Below, piece after piece: positions 8,395 through 17,477 of a DNA stretch of 64,000 nucleotides (position 1 is the first letter of the stretch; the number at the start of each line of letters is the position of its first letter). The notes under the pieces are model-generated. The model was not told the origin of the DNA, ran no database searches, and saw only the letters and a program-made list of their open reading frames with translations. The stretch spans positions 742,075-806,074 of the forward strand of contig OY969723.1 of NCBI GenBank assembly GCA_963702185.1, read 5' to 3'. Made by a program: the position numbers and the translations under genes. Origin of the DNA: an uncultured Solirubrobacterales bacterium. GTDB taxonomy: Bacteria; Actinomycetota; Thermoleophilia; Solirubrobacterales; Solirubrobacteraceae.

Positions 8395-9261
8395 CTACTC
8401 CATTCCGAGCGGGCCGGCCGCGTCGCCGGCGAGAAACTGGCGCACGAACGGATTCTCGGAGGCGAACAGCTCGGTGGCGGGGCCTGCCTGGACGATCTCG
8501 CCCTGCCACAGCACCGCGATGTACTCGGCGACGCGTCGCGCGCTCATGATGTCGTGCGTGATCACCACGTAGCAGCCACCGTTCTCGGCGTGGATTTCCT
8601 TGATCAGCTCGCACAGCAGCGCGGTGCGAACCGGGTCGAGGCCGGAGTCGGGCTCGTCGAACAGGACGATCTGCGGTTCGAGCACCAGCGCGCGCGCGAA
8701 CCCGGCGCGCTTGCGCATGCCGCCGGACAGCTCGTTGGGCATCTTCGAGCCGGCGTTGCCGAGGCCCACCTCTCGCAGGCGGCGGTTGACGATCTCCGCG
8801 ATCTCCTCGTCGCTCTTCTCGGTGTGCTGGCGCAGGGGGAACGCGACGTTGTCGAACAGGTCGATCGACCCGAACAGCGCCCCGTCCTGAAACAGCACGC
8901 CGAACTTCTTGCGCATCTCGAACAGCTCGTTATCGGGCAGGCTCGGCACCGACTGACCGTGCACGAGCACATCCCCCTCGTCCGGGTACATCAGCCCGAC
9001 GATGTGCTTGATGCACACCGACTTGCCCGTCCCCGACGGTCCGAGGATCATCGAGATCTGATCGTCGGGCAGGCTCATGTTCAACCCGCGCAGCACGTGG
9101 TTGCGCCCGAACGTCTTGTGCACGTCGATGAACTCGATCGCGTCGCGGGGGACCGGCGCGGTCGCCGAGGACTCGCCGGCGCCTCGCGGTTGGGGCTGAC
9201 GCCGATCGCCCGGCTCGCGCTCGCCGCCGCCGGCCGTGGGGTCGAGCGCGCGCTCGCTCAT
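8395..9261 (-). CDS. ABC transporter ATP-binding protein, MlaF/Mkl(MceG) type
   Basis: Walker A GPSGTGKS, signature LSGGMRKRAGFARAL, Walker B VLFDEPDSGLDP. The overall pattern matches MlaF/Mkl ATPases. Confidence 0.85.
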   Translation of the reverse strand: MSERALDPTAGGGEREPGDRRQPQPRGAGESSATAPVPRDAIEFIDVHKTFGRNHVLRGLNMSLPDDQISMILGPSGTGKSVCIKHIVGLMYPDEGDVLVHGQSVPSLPDNELFEMRKKFGVLFQDGALFGSIDLFDNVAFPLRQHTEKSDEEIAEIVNRRLREVGLGNAGSKMPNELSGGMRKRAGFARALVLEPQIVLFDEPDSGLDPVRTALLCELIKEIHAENGGCYVVITHDIMSARRVAEYIAVLWQGEIVQAGPATELFASENPFVRQFLAGDAAGPLGME

Positions 9262-9304
9262 CGCTCCGCGATCCCCGTCCGGGCAGTCAGATCCTCGGCC
9301 ATCC

Positions 9305-10105
9305 TCAACCTCCGATCGGGGCGCGTGGATTCCCGCCCCAGAAGATCTGCGTGCCGAGCATCCCGATCAGGGTGACCAGCACGAGATTCAGCACCATCGA
9401 CTTCGCCGTCGCCGCACCCACCCCGACCGGCCCACCGCTGGCGTTGTAGCCGTAGTAACAGCCCACCAGCACGATCGCCGTAGCCATGAACATGCCCTTG
9501 ATCAGGCTGAATAAGAGGTCCCCAGGGTTCTGGAACTGCCAGAAGATCAACGAATACCCGCCCGAGGACACGTAGCCGATCTGCTTGACCACGGCGATGT
9601 AGGACGCCAGGTAGGCCACGCCGATCGCGGAGATGTACATGAACGGCAGCACGATCCACGCGGCCAGCAGGCGGGTCGCGCACAGGAAGGTCATCGAGTC
9701 GAAGCCCATCACCTCCAGCGCGTCGATCTCCTCGGAGATGCGCATCGCGCCGAGCTCGGCCACGATGCCGGTGCCAACCTTGGCCGACATCATGTAGCCG
9801 AACGCGTAGGGCACCGCCTCGCGCAGGTTGCACCACGCCGTGAACACGCCCGCGTAGGCGGGCGCGCCCTGGGCCTCGGTGAAGTAGGCGCCCTCGATGC
9901 CGCAGGTGCCGAGACCGGTGATGAACACCAGTCCCCAGATCACGAGGGTCGAGCCGACGATCAGGATGCCGGCCTGGCGCAACGCCTCGCCGAAAAAGCG
10001 CAGCACGCGCAAACCCCACACGTCGCGCACGATGTTGCCGGTGAAGCCCGCGATCTCGCCGACGGAGGCCAGCCATTCGCGCGGCAGTGCCGTGAGTTCG
10101 TTCAT
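9305..10105 (-). CDS. MlaE/YrbE-family ABC permease (second copy)
   Basis: 266 aa with multiple TM helices. AELGAMRISEEIDALEVMGFD is the conserved MlaE/YrbE EExDA motif region. Confidence 0.8.
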   Translation of the reverse strand: MNELTALPREWLASVGEIAGFTGNIVRDVWGLRVLRFFGEALRQAGILIVGSTLVIWGLVFITGLGTCGIEGAYFTEAQGAPAYAGVFTAWCNLREAVPYAFGYMMSAKVGTGIVAELGAMRISEEIDALEVMGFDSMTFLCATRLLAAWIVLPFMYISAIGVAYLASYIAVVKQIGYVSSGGYSLIFWQFQNPGDLLFSLIKGMFMATAIVLVGCYYGYNASGGPVGVGAATAKSMVLNLVLVTLIGMLGTQIFWGGNPRAPIGG

Positions 10106-10220
10106 CGCGTCTATCCCCTGCGCGCCTCTGCGAACCTGGCCCGATCGCCAATCTGACCGACGGCGCCGGGGATGGGCCGGCGGACCGGTCGGCGGACCGA
10201 AGGCACGGAGCCGCCGGCGA

Positions 10221-11027
10221 TCACTTGATCACCAGAATGCCCGGGTGCGTGGCGAGCAGGGTCTGGGTGAACACGTAGTTGAACGCGCCGATCCCCAAGA
10301 ACGCGACCACCACCGCCTGGTTGACCGCCCGCCCGACGCCCTCGGCGCCACCGGAGGCGGTCATGCCCTTGTAGGAGCACACGATCGCGATGATCGCCCC
10401 GAACAGCATCGTCTTGAGCACCGACCCCCACAGATCGGTCGAGGTGGCGTTCGCGAACAACGTAGCCCAAAACGGCCCGAGCGGCTGGCCGTTGACGATC
10501 GCGGCGAGGATGCCGCCGAAGATCCCGAACAGCAGCGCGTACAGGTCGAACAGACCAGTGATCAGCATCAGCGCGAGAAAGCGAGGCACCACCAGGTTCT
10601 TGATCGGGTCCACACCCAGCACCTGCAGCGCGTCGAGCTCCTCGCGGATCTTGCGCGCGCCGAGATCGGCCGTGATCGCGGTTCCGGCGATGCCCGCCAG
10701 CACGATCGAGGTGATCAGCGGGCCGATTTCGCGGATCGCCGCGAGCACGAAGAACCCGCCGAGACGGTCCAGCGCACCGAAGATCGTCAGGAAGTCCGCG
10801 GCCTGCAGGCCGGGCGCGCCGTAGTTGATCGCCACGGTGGTGACCAGCAGCGGGAACCACACCAGTCGCAGCACGAACAAAAACTGGGACACGAACTCCT
10901 CGCCGTACGGGTACGGCGGGCGCAGGGCCGACAGAATCGTGCGGCCCGTCAGGATCATCATGTCCCCGATTTCCTCGAGCAGATTCCGCGTGGGCAGAAA
11001 TGCTCGCTCTGCTGCACTGCGCACCAT
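10221..11027 (-). CDS. MlaE/YrbE-family ABC permease (first copy)
   Basis: 268 aa. It carries ADLGARKIREELDALQVLGVDP and the same TM layout as the paralog downstream. Confidence 0.8.
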   Translation of the reverse strand: MVRSAAERAFLPTRNLLEEIGDMMILTGRTILSALRPPYPYGEEFVSQFLFVLRLVWFPLLVTTVAINYGAPGLQAADFLTIFGALDRLGGFFVLAAIREIGPLITSIVLAGIAGTAITADLGARKIREELDALQVLGVDPIKNLVVPRFLALMLITGLFDLYALLFGIFGGILAAIVNGQPLGPFWATLFANATSTDLWGSVLKTMLFGAIIAIVCSYKGMTASGGAEGVGRAVNQAVVVAFLGIGAFNYVFTQTLLATHPGILVIK

Positions 11028-11094
11028 CTGTGTTACGCCCCTCCTCGGGTGACGGTCGACGGTCTGGCTGGCAGTGCAACTCTACTACGCCACG

Positions 11095-11190
11095 CGGGCA
11101 TGCCCGTCGCCGCGGGGCCGGCATGCCCATCGCCGCATACTCGGGGCGAGCACCGCCGCATAGCCGGGGCCGGTGGCATACTCGCCGGCG
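11095..11190. repeat. Imperfect ~23-nt periodic repeats with GCATGC-centred palindromes in a divergent promoter region
   Basis: cgggcatgcccg (11095-11106, a perfect 12-nt palindrome). ggcatgccc[g/a]tcgccgc occurs at 11097 and 11120. cgccgcata occurs at 11131 and 11154. gcatactcg occurs at 11135 and 11176. Confidence 0.6.
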
Positions 11191-11219
11191 GCCATCCCCA
11201 CTGGTATCGTGGCCGTGCT

Positions 11220-11873
11220 GTGGGGAGGTCTCCTACGTACATCGCGGTCCTGTTGACAGGCGCCTGCGCGGCGCTGGCGAGTGGCTGCGGCTCGGGTTCG
11301 AACCTGTCGGCGGGCGAACCCAACAAGACGTACACGGTGCAGATCGCGCACGCCAGTTTCCCCGCCAAGCAGTCGATCGTGCACCCGGCGACGATGACCG
11401 TGGCGGTGCGCAACACCAGCTCGGCCACCATGCCCAACGTGTCCGTGAGCGTCGACTCCTTCCAATACACCTCGCACTATCCCGGCTTGGCCAACGACAA
11501 ACGGCCGATCTGGGTCGTGGAAACGGGGCCAGGCGCCATCGCCAAGCCTGCCGTGCCGAGCGAGTCCGTCAGCCCACCGGGCGGCGCGCAGACCGCGTAC
11601 GTGAACACCTGGACGCTCGGTCCGCTCCCCCCCGGGCAAACGCGTACGTTTGCCTGGCACGTGATGCCGGTGAAGTCGGGGGCCTACACCGTCCACTACA
11701 CGGTCGCCGCCGGGCCCGCGGGCCATTCCCGCGCGCTGCTGGCCGATGGATCGATCCCGCACGGCCAGTTCAGGGTGCAGATCACACAACCTCCGCCCCC
11801 GACGCACATCAACCCGAACACCGGCGCAGTCGAACCGGGCTCCTACCAGTCGACGCTGTCGGGCACCTCCTGA
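11220..11873 (+). CDS. Lipoprotein of unknown function (Ig-like/CARDB-like feel)
   Basis: In-frame GTG at 11220 gives MGRSPTYIAVLLTGACAALASGC, a signal peptide with the lipobox LASGC. The rest of the frame is stop-free to 11873. The start codon is uncertain. Confidence 0.55.
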   Translation: MGRSPTYIAVLLTGACAALASGCGSGSNLSAGEPNKTYTVQIAHASFPAKQSIVHPATMTVAVRNTSSATMPNVSVSVDSFQYTSHYPGLANDKRPIWVVETGPGAIAKPAVPSESVSPPGGAQTAYVNTWTLGPLPPGQTRTFAWHVMPVKSGAYTVHYTVAAGPAGHSRALLADGSIPHGQFRVQITQPPPPTHINPNTGAVEPGSYQSTLSGTS

Positions 11874-12108
11874 GCGGCGATTGCGCCGCAGCGATCCGGA
11901 TCCCCCGTTTGGGTCCGGGTCCGTCCGTTTGGCCGTCTGTCCAAAGGGCCGTGCGGACGGTTTCGCCAGGCGGTGATGTAACGCGAGCGCGCGGGCACTA
12001 CGATTGCTGGTCCGGCTCTCACCCAACGGGCTCCCGGCTCAACCGCGCCAACCGCGCCGACCGGCCGAACCGCCCCAACACTTCAATTCAGGAGGAATCG
12101 CCCCGGCC

Positions 12109-14265
12109 ATGCCCAGGACACGCCAGCAGAACGTAACCGCCGCCCAGTGGAGCGCCAACGGCACCGCGCTCGGCGCCACCGACCTGACGCTGCCGGGGAA
12201 TCAGGTGTTCGCCGCCAACGTGTTCAGCCTGAACGTACAGCGCCACCGGCTGCCCAAGCACGTGTACCGCGCGCTGCAACGCACGCTCGAACACGGCGAG
12301 GCGCTCGATACCTCGCTCGCCGACCAGGTCGCGCAGGCGATGAAGGACTGGGCGATGGAGCGCGGCGCGACGCACTACACCCACTGGTTTCAGCCGCTGA
12401 CCGGCACCACCGCGGAGAAGCACGACTCGTTCTACGCTCCCGTCGGCGACGGCACCGCGATCGCCGAGTTCTCCGGCAAGGAGCTGATCCAGGGCGAGCC
12501 CGACGCCTCGTCGTTTCCGACCGGAGGGATTCGCGCGACGTTCGAGGCTCGTGGGTACACCGCGTGGGACCCGACCAGCCCTGCGTTCATCCTGGAGAAC
12601 CCCAACGGCGCGCTGTTGTGTATCCCGACCGCGTTCACGTCGTGGACCGGCGAGGCGCTCGACCACAAGATCCCGCTCCTGCGCTCGATGGACGCGCTGT
12701 CGGGCGCGGCGATGCGCGCGCTTCAGTTGCTGGGCACGGCCGAGGGCGCGCAGCGCGTGTTCACGACCGTGGGTCCCGAGCAGGAGTACTTTTTGATCGA
12801 CGAGCAGTACTACTTCGAACGCCCCGACCTGCTCAATACCGGGCGTACGCTGTTCGGCGCCAAGCCGCCGAAGGGCCACGAGCTCGACGACCACTACTTC
12901 GGCTCGATCCCCGAGCGCATCCTCGCGTGCATGATGGAGACCGAGCTCGAGCTGACCAAGCTCGGCGTGCCGGTCAAGACGCGCCACAACGAGGTCGCGC
13001 CCAACCAGTACGAGATCGCGCCGATCTTCGAGAACTCCAACGTCGGCTGCGACCACCAGCAGCTGACGATGCAGGTGCTGCAGAACGTCGCCCGCCGCTA
13101 TGGCCTCGTGTGCCTGCTGCACGAGAAGCCGTTTGCGGGCGTCAACGGGTCGGGCAAGCACAACAACTGGTCGATGGGCACCGACACCGGCGTCAACCTG
13201 CTCGAGCCCGGCGACACCCCGCACGAGAACCTGCAGTTTCTGTTCTTCTGCACCGCGGTGATCCAGGCCGTCAACACCCACCAGGCGCTGCTGCGCGCCT
13301 CGATCGCCTCCCCCGGGCAGGACCATCGCCTCGGAGCCAACGAGGCGCCGCCGGCGATCATCTCGATCTTCCTGGGCTCGGAGCTCGAAAAGGTGTTCGA
13401 GGCGATCGAGTCGGGCAAGGCCCAGTCCGCCCGTCCCGGCTCGTTCCTGGGCCTCGGCACGCCGGTGCTGCCGCCGCTACCGCTGCACGGCGGCGATCGC
13501 AACCGCACCAGCCCGTTCGCGTTCACCGGCAACAAGTTCGAGTTCCGCGCGCTGGGCTCGAGCATGTCGCTGGCGCTGCCCAACACCGTGCTGAACACGA
13601 TCGTCGCCGAGGCGATCGACGATCTGACCGGCAAGCTCAAAGCCGCGCTCAAGGGCCAGGCCAACCTGGAGAAGGCGCTCGCGAAGGTCGTCAAGGAGAG
13701 CTGGTCGACCAACAAGAAGGTCGTGTTCGGCGGGGACAACTACTCGCCCGAGTGGCACGCCGAGGCCGAGAAGCGCGGGCTGTACAACCTGCGCTCCACG
13801 CCCGACGCGCTGCCGTGGCTCGTGGACAAGGGCACGGTCGCGCTGTTCAAGAAGTACAAGGTTCTGTCCAAGCGCGAGCTGGAGGCCCGGCACGAGGTGT
13901 TCCTCGAGCAGTACGCGGTCAAGCTCAACATCGAGTCAGAGACCGCCGCCTCGATCGCCCGCACCGAGATCCTGCCCGCCGCCGTGCGCCACCTGAACGA
14001 GCTGCGCGCGAGCGGCCTGGACGAGCTGATCGAGGAGGTGCAGCCCCTGGTCAAGGAGCTGCACTACGCGATCTCAAAGCTCGATGACGTCAACCTCAAG
14101 GACAACCAGGACGACTCGACGCCAGTCAAGTGGGCCGCCTACATGCACGACCGCGTGATCCCGGCGATGGACGATGTGCGCGATGTCGCCGATCGCCTGG
14201 AGGGCGTGGTGGCCGACGACCTGTGGCCGCTGCCCAAGTACTCGGAGATGCTGTTTATCAAGTAG
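12109..14265 (+). CDS. glnN: Glutamine synthetase type III
   Basis: 718 aa from ATG 12109, preceded by AGGAGGA at 12090-12096. [27 protein letters not shown] and GSGKHNNWS are GSIII hallmarks. Confidence 0.9.
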   Translation: MPRTRQQNVTAAQWSANGTALGATDLTLPGNQVFAANVFSLNVQRHRLPKHVYRALQRTLEHGEALDTSLADQVAQAMKDWAMERGATHYTHWFQPLTGTTAEKHDSFYAPVGDGTAIAEFSGKELIQGEPDASSFPTGGIRATFEARGYTAWDPTSPAFILENPNGALLCIPTAFTSWTGEALDHKIPLLRSMDALSGAAMRALQLLGTAEGAQRVFTTVGPEQEYFLIDEQYYFERPDLLNTGRTLFGAKPPKGHELDDHYFGSIPERILACMMETELELTKLGVPVKTRHNEVAPNQYEIAPIFENSNVGCDHQQLTMQVLQNVARRYGLVCLLHEKPFAGVNGSGKHNNWSMGTDTGVNLLEPGDTPHENLQFLFFCTAVIQAVNTHQALLRASIASPGQDHRLGANEAPPAIISIFLGSELEKVFEAIESGKAQSARPGSFLGLGTPVLPPLPLHGGDRNRTSPFAFTGNKFEFRALGSSMSLALPNTVLNTIVAEAIDDLTGKLKAALKGQANLEKALAKVVKESWSTNKKVVFGGDNYSPEWHAEAEKRGLYNLRSTPDALPWLVDKGTVALFKKYKVLSKRELEARHEVFLEQYAVKLNIESETAASIARTEILPAAVRHLNELRASGLDELIEEVQPLVKELHYAISKLDDVNLKDNQDDSTPVKWAAYMHDRVIPAMDDVRDVADRLEGVVADDLWPLPKYSEMLFIK

Positions 14266-15289
14266 CTCCGAGGCGTCCCGACATAGACCACAGCGACTGG
14301 TCCTCCTCCCCCAGCCGCCACACCCCGGCCTGCAGGCCATACTCCCGTGCGAGACGCAGACGATCGGCGATCGACTGGGCATCCATGTACCAGACCTGGT
14401 GCCTCGCGCGCGCGCGTGTGTAAATAAGGGTCGGCTCGTCCACGGTTGCGTTGCGCACCGGACTGGCTCCGGTCGAGCGGGCCAGGGTCATGACGTTCGC
14501 GTACTGCAGCGCGGTGGCGGGCTGCCCGCCGGAGATCGTCCAATCCAACCCGTACATCGGCACGCCCAGGACGATGCGCTCGCGGGCGTGGGGCAGCGAG
14601 GCGAGGTGGCGTGCGACCGCCGCGACGTAGGACAACGGGGCGATCGGGCCCGGTGATGAGCCTTCCCAGTGGACGCCCCAGGCCATCACGAACACATAGT
14701 CGGCCGCCCTGGCGATCGCGCGGTCGTCGTAGAAGCCGGTCCAGGCGCGCGGGTCTTCGTGGGTCACGCCGTCGACGTCCACACTCAGCCTGCGCGACTC
14801 CCGGTGCAGTACGGCCGCGAGCGCGTGCACGAACGCGCTCATCGCGTCGCGGTCAGAGGCGGTGTCGTTCTCGAGGTCCAGGTTGACACCGGCGTACGCT
14901 GGGTTCTTGGCAATGCTTGCAAGCGCGCCCAGCGTGCGGGCCCGGATGGACGGGTCGGTCAGGATCGCGTGGACCGTCGCTGCGTCCTGGCAGCTGAACC
15001 GTGGCATGACGGCGATGGCGCGCGAGCGCGCATAGGCGGCGATCGCGTCCGCCTCGCCGGGGGAGCCTTCGCGAAGGACACGTCCGCTGCCGCGCGCGCA
15101 CGTGTAGTCCGTCGGATACACGACCCCGATGTCCTGGGCGTGGGCTTCGAAGTCGGCGAGCGAGTCCGGAGCGCCCGTCAGCACGAACGCCTGCAGCCCG
15201 GCGGCGAACACGTGCGCCGGGATGACCATCGCAAGCAACAGCGCGGCGATCCCCGCGCCGAATAGCCGGGCCGGCCCCGGCCGCGACAT
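14258..15289 (-). CDS. Secreted GH18 glycoside hydrolase (SleL/YaaH-like subfamily)
   Basis: Start trimmed to ATG 15289 ([29 protein letters not shown], a signal peptide), 5 nt after the upstream stop. The GH18 catalytic strand is [11 protein letters not shown] (DxE). It also has VPMYGLDW. Confidence 0.75.
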   Translation of the reverse strand: MSRPGPARLFGAGIAALLLAMVIPAHVFAAGLQAFVLTGAPDSLADFEAHAQDIGVVYPTDYTCARGSGRVLREGSPGEADAIAAYARSRAIAVMPRFSCQDAATVHAILTDPSIRARTLGALASIAKNPAYAGVNLDLENDTASDRDAMSAFVHALAAVLHRESRRLSVDVDGVTHEDPRAWTGFYDDRAIARAADYVFVMAWGVHWEGSSPGPIAPLSYVAAVARHLASLPHARERIVLGVPMYGLDWTISGGQPATALQYANVMTLARSTGASPVRNATVDEPTLIYTRARARHQVWYMDAQSIADRLRLAREYGLQAGVWRLGEEDQSLWSMSGRLGAT

Positions 15290-15293
15290 CGGC

Positions 15294-17048
15294 TCACCCC
15301 CCGAGCCCCGGGATTTCCCAGATCGTCTGGTCCTCGTTGCCCAGGTGCCACAACCCGACGCCGAGGCCCAGCGACTGCGCGAGGGCGACGCGCGGTTCGA
15401 TCGACTGTTTGTCGGTGTACCACACGCTGTGCGGCACGCCGTCCTCGGTATAGGAGAAATGCGGGTCATCGGCCGGTTCGGCCCATTCGGGAGTGGCGCC
15501 GAATTCGTTGGCCAGCGCGACGATTTCGCCGTACTCGAGCGTCGCGCCGGGATTGCTCGGACCGCCGTCGTTGGCCCAGTCGATCCCATACATCGGCATG
15601 CCGAGCACGAACTTGCCGAGGGTGCCCGTGGCCTTGCCGACCTGGGCGGCGTATTCGGCGACCTTCTTGAACCACGGCAGTTCGTCGATCCCGCCCGGCG
15701 CCGAGGTCGTCCAGTGCAGACCCCAGTCGAGCACGAACACGTAGTCGGAGGCTTCGGCCAGCGCGGCGTCGTTGTACATCGCCGCCCGGCCGCTCGTCAC
15801 GTTTTCGGTCTTGGCCGTAACGATCGTCGAGAGCTTCTCGCCCTGTTCGTGCAGCTTGGCCGCCAGCGCCGCAATGAACGCGGTGAAGCCGTTGCGCTCC
15901 GCGGGCGGGGCGCCCTCGAAGTCGATCTGGATGCCCTGGTAGTGGTAGGTCGCGCACAGCTCGGCCAGCGATTCGATCATCGCGTGCCCGTAGGTGGCGG
16001 GGTAGTTGAGGACCTGTTCCTCCTGCAACGGGTTCTGGCAGTTCAGCCGCGGCATCACCGCCACGCCGCGCTCCTGCGCCCAGCCGGTGACCAGCGGGTT
16101 GTCTTCGCCGGTGACCGCGCCGTCTGAGCCGCATTCGAAGTAGGTCGGATACAGCACGCCGATCTGCTGGTAGTGGGCCTGCAGGTCGTCGAAGCTCACG
16201 TCGGTCGAGTCCAACAGCGCCGCCTGCACGCTCCCGTGCGACTGTGGCGGCGGGGCGGTCGTGATCTGCAGCGGCGCCGAAGGTTCGCTGGTCATGCCCG
16301 CCTGCGCATCGACCGCGGCGACCGTGATCTCATAGCCGGTCTCCGGTGCCAGGTGTTCGAGCGCCATCGACAGGCCCGCGGTCTGGCCGATCGTGGCCCC
16401 GTCGCGATACACGCGGTAGTCGACGGCTTCATCCCCGTTCGCGGGCGGGCTGGCGTTCCATTCCACGACGGCCGATTCCTCGCCGACCGTCTGTGCCCGC
16501 AACCCGCCCGGCGTGGACGGCGGGGACGGGGGAGTGGACGGGGTGGAAGGAGTCGACGGGGTGGAGGGAGCGGGAGATGTGTGCGAGATCGGCGGCGCGG
16601 CGCCCGATGCGCCGGGCGCGCGTGGCGTGCTCGGCGTGCTCGGAGCCGTTTTGCCGAGCACGGGTGACCCCGCGACGGTGACGGTCAGCGGCGCGCTCAC
16701 CGGGCCGAGGTGACCGTCGAGATCGACCGCGGCGACCGTGATCGTGTGCGTGCCCGGGCCGACGCGCACCGTGTAGGACAGCTTGGGCGTCTGGCCCTCG
16801 ACCAGGCCGTCGCGCGTGACGCGATAGCCGTCGAGCGCGATGCTCCCGCGATGAGCCCGGCGCCAGCCGACGCTCACCGTGCCCGAGGTCTGCGCCAGCA
16901 CGCGCAGCCCGGCGACCGCGCCGGGACGGCGCAGCTTGTGCTTGTGGGCATGCGCCCGGCGGTGGACGTGCGAGGACCGGCTGAAGGCGCCCGGGGCCTG
17001 CACGCCGAACAACGCCACGGCCAGCGATGCCGCCACCGCGCGCCTCAT
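15294..17048 (-). CDS. Secreted protein with two FN3-like domains, a Pro/Ser/Thr linker and a GH18 domain
   Basis: Start at ATG 17048 (MRRAVAASLAVALFGVQAPGAFS) forms an ATGA overlap with the upstream small ORF. FN3-like segments are VSVGWRR...GYRVTRDG and AVVEWNA...DYRVYRDG. The linker is STPSTPSTPSTPPSPPSTP. The GH18 strand is YQGIQIDFEG, with MPMYGIDW. Confidence 0.8.
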   Translation of the reverse strand: MRRAVAASLAVALFGVQAPGAFSRSSHVHRRAHAHKHKLRRPGAVAGLRVLAQTSGTVSVGWRRAHRGSIALDGYRVTRDGLVEGQTPKLSYTVRVGPGTHTITVAAVDLDGHLGPVSAPLTVTVAGSPVLGKTAPSTPSTPRAPGASGAAPPISHTSPAPSTPSTPSTPSTPPSPPSTPGGLRAQTVGEESAVVEWNASPPANGDEAVDYRVYRDGATIGQTAGLSMALEHLAPETGYEITVAAVDAQAGMTSEPSAPLQITTAPPPQSHGSVQAALLDSTDVSFDDLQAHYQQIGVLYPTYFECGSDGAVTGEDNPLVTGWAQERGVAVMPRLNCQNPLQEEQVLNYPATYGHAMIESLAELCATYHYQGIQIDFEGAPPAERNGFTAFIAALAAKLHEQGEKLSTIVTAKTENVTSGRAAMYNDAALAEASDYVFVLDWGLHWTTSAPGGIDELPWFKKVAEYAAQVGKATGTLGKFVLGMPMYGIDWANDGGPSNPGATLEYGEIVALANEFGATPEWAEPADDPHFSYTEDGVPHSVWYTDKQSIEPRVALAQSLGLGVGLWHLGNEDQTIWEIPGLGG

Positions 17049-17473
17049 CGCGTGCCCGTCCATGCGATGCCTTCCCTGCCCGCCCCCGGGAACGCGCTCC
17101 AGCGCCCGTAGATCGGCCCGAGGCTGACCTGCGCCCGCCACACGCTCGGGCCGGGCGCCGGTGGCGGCGGGGGATGGTAGAGGTGTTCGGGATCCAGCCG
17201 GCGCTCCAGGCGCTGCACGTCGCCCCACAGCTCATGTCCGAGCGCCACCGGCGCGCGCAGCACCGAGGGCCCCAAGAGCAGCACCGGGGCGATCGACAGC
17301 GGCAGCAGCAAGAGCGCGAATATGCGCCCCGCGATGTCGCTCGGGCGCCAGCCAATGTGACCGGCAGACGGGGGCGTCCCGGCGGCCATCGTTCCCGCCG
17401 GCGCGGCCTGGGCCGGCGCGGCCGTGGGGACCGGAACCCGTGCTGCGTTTGCGGGCGGCGTCGGGGGAGTCAT
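17045..17473 (-). CDS. Small single-pass membrane protein, Pro/Ala-rich, unknown function
   Basis: 142 aa from ATG 17473, 4 nt after the GT2 stop (alternative ATG at 17488). One TM helix (IFALLLLPLSIAPVLLLGPSVL). Its TGA overlaps the ATG of the FN3-GH18 gene (ATGA at 17045-17048). It fills an otherwise 430-nt hole in the operon. Confidence 0.5.
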   Translation of the reverse strand: MTPPTPPANAARVPVPTAAPAQAAPAGTMAAGTPPSAGHIGWRPSDIAGRIFALLLLPLSIAPVLLLGPSVLRAPVALGHELWGDVQRLERRLDPEHLYHPPPPPAPGPSVWRAQVSLGPIYGRWSAFPGAGREGIAWTGTR

Positions 17474-17477
17474 CTCA

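Noticed and set aside
6793-9375. 860-aa plus-strand ORF. Similar long ORFs occur at 5446-6777, 46358-47953, 25815-26900, 26919-28361 and 30283-31293.
   Set aside because: These are Arg/Gly/Ala/His-rich, motif-free translations lying antisense to genes with clear family motifs (MMPL, Mkl, carboxyltransferase, GT4 fusion). They are typical shadow ORFs of very GC-rich DNA.
9897-11219. N-terminal 440 aa of the 658-aa ORF 9897-11873.
   Set aside because: It is antisense to both yrbE permease genes. Only the part from GTG 11220 has a signal peptide, a lipobox and a protein-like composition.
12004-12108. 35-codon N-terminal extension of glnN.
   Set aside because: ATG 12109 is preceded by AGGAGGA at proper spacing, and the extension is Pro/Arg-rich with no SD.
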